Below, in pieces: positions 25,834 to 32,150 of a DNA stretch of 32,150 nt (positions within the stretch are counted from its first letter, which is position 1; each line of letters opens with the position of its first letter). The DNA lies in contig JANOOP010000193.1 in the NCBI GenBank assembly GCA_031421415.1, forward strand, positions 1 through 32,150, written 5' to 3'. The position numbers and the translations under genes are program-made. This DNA comes from Candidatus Eiseniibacteriota bacterium (GTDB lineage: Bacteria > Eisenbacteria > RBG-16-71-46 > SZUA-252). Below the pieces are notes generated by a model. The model did not search any database and was not told the DNA's origin. It was given only the letters and a program-made list of their open reading frames with translations.

Positions 25834-26640
25834 TCACGAAGTCTGGAGGAGCCGGCCGAGCCACGGATGGCCGAGGGCCGAGAGGATGATCGCCAGGACG
25901 ACCGTGCCGGCGGCGAGCGCCTTGGCCCAGTCCTGCGCGGCGATGGTGGCGAGCTGGACCGGCTCCCGCCCCAGATAGGCGCTCGCCGCGTAGAGTTCTT
26001 CGCCGAGGAGCGTGTAGTCGCACGAGCAGACGAAGAAGGGAAGCTGCGTCACCTGATCGCACCCCGCGATCTGGATGGCGCCGGTGAGATTCCCCGTCTC
26101 CGCCAGGAAGAGCGACTCCGCATAGAAGGCGCCCATGAAGATGTTCGTGGCCGGGCGATCCCGCAGCATGGTTCCGGTCACGGAGGCGACGTAGGCGAAC
26201 TGCGTGGCGCTGACGTAATAGACGCTCCCGGGCCGGAACGAATCGGCGCGGTTCGCCTCGCGGTAGGCTTCGCGGGTGGTGCCTTCGATCAGCGCGGTCA
26301 CCACGGGGTCGTAGCAGGGAATGCGCAGATCGCAGCCGAGGTCGGCCACGCGGCGCGCCACCCGGCTCGAGATGGTGATCGCGGCCAGCGTCCCGACCTC
26401 GCTCATGTCGCCGATGCCGGGGACGAAGAGCACGGGGCGGCCCATCTCGGTCGCGCGGCCGATCGCTTCGTCGAGCGCCTTCAACCCCGCCAGCGGCCGG
26501 ATGAATAGCCCGTCGCGAGAGACCTTGGCACGGCGGATGTTGATCGCGAGGAAGGCGATGAACAGGAAGAGTCCAACGAGGAGGTTTAGACGGTCCGGAT
26601 TGAACCAGCGCGCGTCGAGCGTCTCGCCCATCGCGGCCAC
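25834..26640 (-). CDS. Bitopic membrane protein of unknown family: N-terminal TM, globular domain, C-terminal TM, 268 aa (module A)
   Basis: TM1 LNLLVGLFLFIAFLAINI and C-terminal TM ALAAGTVVLAIILSAL. GTG start 26640, with ATG 26631 as an alternative. Lies 24 nt after the TPR gene stop. Confidence 0.65.
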   Translation of the reverse strand: MAAMGETLDARWFNPDRLNLLVGLFLFIAFLAINIRRAKVSRDGLFIRPLAGLKALDEAIGRATEMGRPVLFVPGIGDMSEVGTLAAITISSRVARRVADLGCDLRIPCYDPVVTALIEGTTREAYREANRADSFRPGSVYYVSATQFAYVASVTGTMLRDRPATNIFMGAFYAESLFLAETGNLTGAIQIAGCDQVTQLPFFVCSCDYTLLGEELYAASAYLGREPVQLATIAAQDWAKALAAGTVVLAIILSALGHPWLGRLLQTS

Positions 26641-26664
26641 GCTAGCACGCGCGCGGGAGCAGGG

Positions 26665-28611
26665 TCAACGCCGCCCGGGCGCCGGCGCGGCCGGCTGGTC
26701 GATTTCCGTGAAGAATTCCGCGAGCTGCCTGGCGGCCGCCGGGTCCATTCGCTGGATCGTCGTCCGTTCCTGGGCCGCCCGCTCCCGGTCGCCCAATCGC
26801 AAATAGGCGAGCGCGAGGTTCATGCGCGCCTGAAGCGACGACGGCGCGAGTTCCACCGCCTTCGCATAGGCGTCGCGCGCCTCCTCCAGGCGCCCTTGGC
26901 CGCCGTGGATGGCGCCCAGATTGTTTAAGGCGCCGACATGCGTGGAGTCGATCGCGAGGGCCTTCTGGTAAGCCTCCATGGCCCCGGCGGCGTCCTGCGT
27001 CGCGGCCAGCGAGACGCCGTAGTTGTACCAGAGGAGGGCCTGGGTTCCATCGAGCTCGACGGCGCGGCGCGAGGCGACGATCGCCTCCGCGGCCTTCCCC
27101 TGCTGCGTCAGCGCGTCTCCCAGATTGGCCCACGCCTCGGCGTTCTCCGGAGTGAGCGACGTGGCTCGGCGGGCCGATGCCTCGGCCTCGGGCCATCTCC
27201 CCAGCGTTCCGAGGGCGAGCGCCCGGGTCGAGAAGGCGCCCGCGAGCGTCGAGTCGCGATCGATGGCGCGGTCGAGCGCCGCCAGCGCGGCCGCGGCGTC
27301 GCCCATGGCGGCGTGGTGGCCGGCCAGCTGGAGATAGGGCTCCGGATCGTGCGGGGAGGCTTCGGCCGAAGCCTGGAGGAGTGCGACGTCGTTCTCCCAG
27401 ACGGGGACGCGCCCCACGGTGGCATAGGCCGCGAGGCCGGCCAGCGCGAGCCCGATCGCCATCGCGGCGGCGCGGGCGCCTCGCGGCGGCTCCGCGAGCC
27501 ACCGGAGGAGCGAGGCGACCAGAAGGCAGATTCCCACCGACGGCAGGTAGGCGAGCCGCTCCGCGACGTAGGAGAGGCCGAGCGCCGGGAACGGGAGCGC
27601 AGGGGCGATTCCGAGAAGAACGACGAGCCCCCCGATGCGTGCCAGCGGATCGTGTCTCCGCCACCAGACGAACGCGGCCAGGAGGGCCGCGAGCGGGACC
27701 AGCGGGAGCCACGGAGCCGCCGTGGCCGCGGCGGCCGAGAGCGACCGGATCGCGTTCAAGGGATGCGGCCAGGCGAGCAACGCCAGATAGTCGCCCAGGG
27801 AATGAAGGACGGCGGCCCCCGCGTGTCCCGCGGGGAGTCCGCGCTCCGCGAGCGTGGCGCCCGGCGCCGCCGGCAGGAGGAAGCGAAGTGCGAGACTCGC
27901 GAGGCAGATCGCGAAGAATCCGGCGTAGTGAGTCCGCCGCGGGGTCATGGAAACGCGTGGTGAGCCCCAGCGATCGAGACCGATGAGGAGGAACGGCGTC
28001 ACGACGGCGGTGAAATCGGTGAAGGCCGCCACCGCGTAGAGTCCGTAGGCCCACCAGATCGCGCGCGAGCCGCCGCCCTCGGAGACGCGGACGGCTGGAA
28101 TGCGCGCCACGAGGAGCGCGGCCATGGAGAAGACCGCGGCCATCATCGCCGCTCGTCCCGAGACGAAGGCGACCGACTCGACGTGGACGGGGTGGGCGCC
28201 GAAGAGGAGCGCCGCGACGAATGCGATCCCCGCGGAGGCGCCGACGTGGACCGCCAGGTGGAAGAAGAGCCACGTTCCCGCGGCGTGGAGGATCAGGTTG
28301 GTGAAGTGGAAGAGCGCCGGTCCCCCCGCGCCGAGCATCCACTCGCCGCGCTGCAGGAGGCCCAGGAGCGGACGAAATCCTTCCGCGGCCGCGCTACCCG
28401 CCCCCCTCGTCGAGGCGAGAAGGGCGTCGTCCCAGACCCACCCATACTGGAGCGAGGGGAAGTAGAGGAGCCCCGCCACGAAGCCCGACAGGACGGCGAG
28501 TGCGTTGGGGCTCAGGTGGGGGAGCGCGAGCCACGGCTTTCCGGCTCGCGCGTCGGTCGCGTGACGACCCTGGCGCGATGTCCCCTTGGGGGCTTCCTTC
28601 CGATTCGGCAC
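26665..28611 (-). CDS. GT-C-like polytopic membrane protein with C-terminal TPR repeats (TMTC/PMT-like architecture), 648 aa
   Basis: First-loop acidic motif LQYGWVWDDALL after TM1, then about 10 further hydrophobic segments. The C-terminal ~250 aa contain repeated TPR-like units (AEAWANLGDALTQQGKAAEAIVASRRAVELD, ALLWYNYGVSLAATQDAAGAMEAYQKALAID, GALNNLGAIHGGQGRLEEARDAYAKAVELAP). The only in-frame start downstream of the divergent gene is GTG 28609-28611. Confidence 0.72.
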   Translation of the reverse strand: MPNRKEAPKGTSRQGRHATDARAGKPWLALPHLSPNALAVLSGFVAGLLYFPSLQYGWVWDDALLASTRGAGSAAAEGFRPLLGLLQRGEWMLGAGGPALFHFTNLILHAAGTWLFFHLAVHVGASAGIAFVAALLFGAHPVHVESVAFVSGRAAMMAAVFSMAALLVARIPAVRVSEGGGSRAIWWAYGLYAVAAFTDFTAVVTPFLLIGLDRWGSPRVSMTPRRTHYAGFFAICLASLALRFLLPAAPGATLAERGLPAGHAGAAVLHSLGDYLALLAWPHPLNAIRSLSAAAATAAPWLPLVPLAALLAAFVWWRRHDPLARIGGLVVLLGIAPALPFPALGLSYVAERLAYLPSVGICLLVASLLRWLAEPPRGARAAAMAIGLALAGLAAYATVGRVPVWENDVALLQASAEASPHDPEPYLQLAGHHAAMGDAAAALAALDRAIDRDSTLAGAFSTRALALGTLGRWPEAEASARRATSLTPENAEAWANLGDALTQQGKAAEAIVASRRAVELDGTQALLWYNYGVSLAATQDAAGAMEAYQKALAIDSTHVGALNNLGAIHGGQGRLEEARDAYAKAVELAPSSLQARMNLALAYLRLGDRERAAQERTTIQRMDPAAARQLAEFFTEIDQPAAPAPGRR

Positions 28612-28713
28612 GGCGGTAGAGTGCCCCTCACGGAGTCGCGTTGCAAGAGGGCCGTTCGGGACCGTCGTTCCGGCTCGCCCCGCGACCTCGCCTTCAAGGA
28701 TAGGAGGCCATGC

Positions 28714-29607
28714 ATGGCGGACGTCATGGACGAGCGGATCCGGGCCATCCAGATCACCTCGGGTGTCGGATTCACCGCGGGCGCGATCCTCGTCGCCCTC
28801 TCGCTGTTCCTCTATCCGTCGCTCCCGGCGGCCAACGAGACGAACAAGATCGTGGAGATCCTGGCGAAGCAGGAGGCCGGCTCCTGGATGATGCTCCACG
28901 CCGCGCTGGTGCTGGGGTTCGTCCTCGTGGCGATCGGATTCACCGGCTACGGGTTCCTCCTTCACCTGAAAGGTTCCTCGGGCGCGGCCGCGATCGTCAC
29001 CGCCTGTTCGCTCGTGGGCTGCTCGCTCTGGGCCTCCTTTCTCTGCGCCGAGTTCTTCGTCCACTCCTTCGTGATGAATCTCGTCTCCATCGAGCCGGGG
29101 CTCGGCACGATGCTCTTCAGCCTTTACTGGTTCTGGAAACTCGGCGCGCTCGCGCTCGGCGCCGTCCTTCTCTTCGCGGCGGTCGCCGCGGCCGGCATGG
29201 CCGCCACGGCGCGCGGCCTCCAGCCGGTCTGGCTCGGCTGGGGCGGCGCGCTCTTCGCCGTGATCGGGATCGTGGTCTACGCCTTCGACTTCCTCTCGGC
29301 GGGTGCGACCGGCGCCCCGATCAACCCGCTCCGCACGCCGTTCGTACGGTTCGGCGTGGGGCTCCCACTCCAGCTCTGGCTGGGTGGAGTCGGCGTGACG
29401 CTCCTGATGGAGTGGTCGAAGCGGATGCCGGCGGGCGCGGGTCTGAGGAGTGGGGGACGGCGCGACACCGTGCGGACGACCGGGCTCGCGCCGAAGGCAT
29501 CGCTGGAGCAAAAGCCGTCGATGGAGCGCCAGCGGCCGGCGGCGCCGCCGCCGGGGCCGGGGCCGCAGGGGCCGGAACCGCCGCCCCTTCCGCCGCCGAT
29601 TCCGTAA
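28714..29607 (+). CDS. Integral membrane protein of unknown function with a Pro-rich C-terminal tail, 297 aa
   Basis: ATG 28714 preceded by TAGGAGG. About 6-7 hydrophobic segments. Tail is PAAPPPGPGPQGPEPPPLPPPIP. The upstream part of ORF 28183.. is a shadow of the TPR gene. Confidence 0.6.
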   Translation: MADVMDERIRAIQITSGVGFTAGAILVALSLFLYPSLPAANETNKIVEILAKQEAGSWMMLHAALVLGFVLVAIGFTGYGFLLHLKGSSGAAAIVTACSLVGCSLWASFLCAEFFVHSFVMNLVSIEPGLGTMLFSLYWFWKLGALALGAVLLFAAVAAAGMAATARGLQPVWLGWGGALFAVIGIVVYAFDFLSAGATGAPINPLRTPFVRFGVGLPLQLWLGGVGVTLLMEWSKRMPAGAGLRSGGRRDTVRTTGLAPKASLEQKPSMERQRPAAPPPGPGPQGPEPPPLPPPIP

Positions 29608-29631
29608 GGGCGCGCGGCGGGGGACGCGAGG

Positions 29632-30285
29632 CTACGGAGAGGGGGCGCCGGTCGTGAGCATGCTCCGGACGATCGGCTTGAGCCCGGCGAAGAACGACTC
29701 GACCGCGATGACCATGACGATGAGCCCCATGAGACGGGTGAGGACCTTGTTCCCGCTGGAGCCGATGCGGGCGAGGATCCGCTTCCCATTGACCAGGATG
29801 AGATAGGTCAGCACGATCACCACCAGCATCGCCACGAAGAGCTCCGCCCGGTGGACCAGGGTGGAGCTTTCGTTCATCAGGAGGATCACGCTCGTGATCG
29901 TGCCAGGCCCCGCGAGCATCGGAGTGCCGAGCGGCGTGATGGAGATGTCCTCGACGTACTCCGCCACCGACTCGTCGTCGTGCTTCGTCCGGGTGGGACG
30001 GGCCTGAAGCATCTCGAAGCCGATGAGGAAGAAGAGAACGCCCCCCACGATCCGCATGCTGTCGGTGGAGATGCTGAAGAACTGAAAAATCCACCGTCCG
30101 CCGACCGCGAAGAGCAGCATGACCAAGAGCGCGGTGGTGGTCGCCTTGAGCGCGACGCGTCGCGACTGCGCCGGGGCGAGTTTGGAGGTCATGGAGAGGT
30201 AGACCGGCACCACGGGGAGCGGGTTCACCATCGTGAAGAGCGTGACGAAGCAGAGGATGGCGAACTGGGGATTGGTCTCGAGCAT
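29632..30285 (-). CDS. MarC family (UPF0056) integral membrane protein, 217 aa
   Basis: TMVNPLPVVPVYLSMT, GGVLFFLIGFEML and ISITPLGTPMLAGPGTITSVILL are typical MarC-family motifs. Confidence 0.85.
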   Translation of the reverse strand: MLETNPQFAILCFVTLFTMVNPLPVVPVYLSMTSKLAPAQSRRVALKATTTALLVMLLFAVGGRWIFQFFSISTDSMRIVGGVLFFLIGFEMLQARPTRTKHDDESVAEYVEDISITPLGTPMLAGPGTITSVILLMNESSTLVHRAELFVAMLVVIVLTYLILVNGKRILARIGSSGNKVLTRLMGLIVMVIAVESFFAGLKPIVRSMLTTGAPSP

Positions 30286-30311
30286 GGGGCGGAGCCTAGC
30301 GGAGTTCGCTC

Positions 30312-30346
30312 GAAAAGAGAACAGCCCCGGAGCCGAAGCCCCGGGG
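30312..30346 (-). terminator. Rho-independent terminator after nrdJ
   Basis: Minus strand reads CCCCGGGGC-TTCG-GCTCCGGGG (9-bp stem with one G-U pair, UUCG loop) followed by CTGTTCTCTTTTC. Confidence 0.7.
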
Positions 30347-30397
30347 CCGCTTTCGGATGGCTAGAACGCCGCGTTGCCGCGGCACCAGATCAGCCGA

Positions 30398-32150
30398 TCA
30401 CGAACACCCGCTCGTGGTACCGCAGTTGAGACAGGCATAGCAGGCGCCCCGGCGGACCATGATCGATCCGCAGTCGGAGCAGGGAGGCGCATCGGTCTCG
30501 GAGACGAAGGCTCGGTCCTCCTCGGCCCTCGTCTTGGCGCCGCCGTTTCCGCCGTTCGCGCCGCCCCCGCCGTTGATGAGCGAGAGCTGCGTGTCGGCGA
30601 CCGGCTTCACGCCGCCCGCTTCGAAGATGTCGTCCTTCGCGGCCTCGTGCGAGGCCGACGCGGGGTGGTGGCCCAGGAACTTGATGCCGAGCCACCGGAA
30701 GATGTAGTCGACGATCGACTTCGCGATCGGAATGTCGCTGTTCTTCGTGAAGCCGTGCGGCTCGAACCGGACGTGGGCGAACTTGCTCACGAAGAGCTCC
30801 AGCGAAACCCCGTGCTGCAGCCCCAGCGAGACCGCCGTGGCGAAGGAGTCCATGACGCCCGATAGGGTCGAACCCGCCTTGGCCATCACGATGAAGATCT
30901 CGCCCGGCGTTCCGTCCTCGTACATCCCGACGGTCAGGTATCCGTCGTGGCTCCCCACCGAGAACTTGTGCGTGATCGACTTCCGCTCGTCCGGCAGCCG
31001 CCGGCGCTTCGGGACGGCCGGCGCCTGAACGACCTGAAGCGTCGGCCTCTGCGCACCCTTGTCGTCCTTGCTGGTCGAGAGCGGCTGGCTCCGCTTGGAG
31101 CCGTCGCGGTAGACCGCCACCGCCTTCAGTCCGCCCTTCCACGATTCCAGATAGGCGTGGGCAATGTCTTGTGGCGTGGCGTCCTCCGGCATGTTCACCG
31201 TCTTCGAGATGGCGCCGGAGATGAACGGCTGCACCGCCTCCATCATGCGGATGTGGCCGAGGTAGTGGATCGACCTCCTGCCGTTCCGCGGCTTGAAGGC
31301 GCAATCAAATACGGGGAGGTGCTCGTCCTTGAGCCCCGGTGCTCCTTCGATCGTCTCGTGCTCGTCGATGTAGCGCACGATCCGATTCACCGCTTCCTCC
31401 CCGTAGCCGAGACGACGCAGCGCCTCGGGCACCGTGTTGTTCACGATCTTGAGCATCCCGCCGCCCGAGAGCTTCTTGTACTTCACGAGCGCGATGTCGG
31501 GCTCGATGCCGGTCGTGTCGCAATCCATCATGAACGCGATCGTTCCGGTGGGGGCGATGACCGTCACCTGGGCGTTGCGGTAGCCGTGCTCGACACCGAG
31601 CGCCTCGCACTCGTTCCAGGTGGCGCGGGCGGCGTCCAGGATCTCGGTCGGGACGTGCGTGGCGTCGATCTTCTCGATGGCGGCGTGATGCTTGCGAATG
31701 ACCCGGAGCATCGGTTCGCGATTCTTCTCATAGCCGGCGAACGGCCCCTTGGCCGCGGCGATCCGGGCACTGGTGGCGTTGGCGTGGCCATGCATGAGCG
31801 CCGTCAGGGCTCCCGCCACCGAGCGGCCGGCGTCGCTGTCGTAGGGGATGCCCCACGACATGAGCAGCGCGCCGAGGTTGGCGTAGCCAAGGCCGAGCGG
31901 CCGGAAGTCGTGCGAATTCTTCTCGATCGTCGGGGTCGGATAGGAGGCGTTGTCGACCACGATTTCCTGCGCGGCGATGAGCGTGCCGCAGACGTGCTTG
32001 TAGGCGGCCGTGTCGAAGACGCCGTCCGCCCGGACGAACTTCATGAGATTGACCGAGGCGAGATTGCACGCCGAGTCGTCCAGGAACATGTATTCGGAGC
32101 AGTTGTGAACCACCAATCCATTCGCCACGAAGTGGTTGGTGACGGGCTCG
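30398..32150 (-). CDS. nrdJ: Class II (adenosylcobalamin-dependent) ribonucleotide reductase NrdJ, 3' part (5' end lies outside the window). C-extein is 30398..32101, preceded by an intein C-terminus
   Basis: CSEYMFLDDSACNLASVNL, TVIAPTGTIAFMMDCDTTGIEPD, ISKTVNMPEDAT and a C-terminal Cys-rich tail CSDCGSIMVRRGACYACLNCGTTSGCS. The reading frame stays open to the window edge (EPVTNHFVANGLVVHN|CSEY). Confidence 0.9.
   Translation of the reverse strand, partial: EPVTNHFVANGLVVHNCSEYMFLDDSACNLASVNLMKFVRADGVFDTAAYKHVCGTLIAAQEIVVDNASYPTPTIEKNSHDFRPLGLGYANLGALLMSWGIPYDSDAGRSVAGALTALMHGHANATSARIAAAKGPFAGYEKNREPMLRVIRKHHAAIEKIDATHVPTEILDAARATWNECEALGVEHGYRNAQVTVIAPTGTIAFMMDCDTTGIEPDIALVKYKKLSGGGMLKIVNNTVPEALRRLGYGEEAVNRIVRYIDEHETIEGAPGLKDEHLPVFDCAFKPRNGRRSIHYLGHIRMMEAVQPFISGAISKTVNMPEDATPQDIAHAYLESWKGGLKAVAVYRDGSKRSQPLSTSKDDKGAQRPTLQVVQAPAVPKRRRLPDERKSITHKFSVGSHDGYLTVGMYEDGTPGEIFIVMAKAGSTLSGVMDSFATAVSLGLQHGVSLELFVSKFAHVRFEPHGFTKNSDIPIAKSIVDYIFRWLGIKFLGHHPASASHEAAKDDIFEAGGVKPVADTQLSLINGGGGANGGNGGAKTRAEEDRAFVSETDAPPCSDCGSIMVRRGACYACLNCGTTSGCS
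32102..32150 (-). mobile_element. C-terminal 16 residues of an intein inserted in nrdJ (rest lies outside the window)
   Basis: Minus-strand translation EPVTNHFVANGLVVHN followed by Cys (TGC 32101-32099). This matches the intein C-terminal splicing block: NF/HF-V-A-N, a hydrophobic run, HN, then a +1 Cys. Confidence 0.7.

Noticed and set aside
21665-25978. Plus-strand ORFs of 706 aa (21665..23785) and 516 aa (24428..25978)
   Set aside because: They lie antisense to the membrane-protein operon. They are extremely Arg/Glu/Gly/Asp-rich with no hydrophobic core or motifs. The minus-strand frames show clean TM periodicity and coupled starts.
26642-28342. 566-aa minus-strand ORF in an alternate frame of the TPR gene
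   Set aside because: It is an Arg/Gly/Pro-rich alternate frame. The TPR/GT-C frame has TM segments and TPR repeats.
28612-29511. N-terminal ~300 codons of the 948-aa ORF 26665..29511
   Set aside because: This part is charged and low-complexity, and it lies antisense to a convincing plus-strand membrane protein with a strong RBS. The real gene starts at GTG 28611.
1-32150. Defence islands, prophage, transposons, toxin-antitoxin pairs
   Set aside because: I recognised no integrase, transposase, nuclease/helicase defence signature or phage structural gene. Apart from the nrdJ intein fragment, I saw nothing that looks mobile.

Overview
This is a high-GC bacterial chromosomal segment (roughly 68-70% by eye, not computed). 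It is densely coding, with about 30 genes. I saw no rRNA, tRNA, CRISPR array, transposase or integrase. Because of the GC content, many long ORFs in the track are antisense or alternate-frame shadows rich in Arg/Gly/Pro. I chose real genes by recognisable motifs, hydrophobicity pattern, RBS and operon geometry. The track prints GTG/TTG starts as M. No similarity search was possible, so every family call rests on motif recognition.

Gene order, left to right:
- Minus-strand hpnC-hpnD-hpnE (three-enzyme squalene synthesis) followed by mutY.
- A small outer-membrane beta-barrel protein.
- A ChlI-like AAA+ ATPase plus VWA protein pair.
- Lrp/AsnC regulator plus lysine 6-aminotransferase.
- MFS transporter, 3-methyladenine glycosylase and acyl-CoA dehydrogenase.
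- Two peroxiredoxins, one carrying a Lys/Ala/Pro-rich histone-H1-like N-terminus, with a secreted unknown between them.
- Pyruvate kinase.
- An A-type Fe-S carrier with a Gly/Cys tail.
- Rieske protein, cysteine-desulfurase-like protein and Kef-type antiporter.
- A six-gene minus-strand operon made only of membrane proteins.
- A divergent membrane protein, then MarC.
- The 3' part of class II ribonucleotide reductase nrdJ.

The best candidate for an undescribed system is the operon at 21497-28611. A TPR-bearing GT-C-like protein and a discoidin-domain polytopic protein flank four unrecognisable membrane proteins. Those four are arranged as an apparent duplicated two-gene module (A-B-A'-B').

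A second notable item is at the right window edge. There nrdJ is interrupted by the C-terminal end of an intein (FVANGLVVHN|C), inserted directly before the catalytic-motif cysteine.
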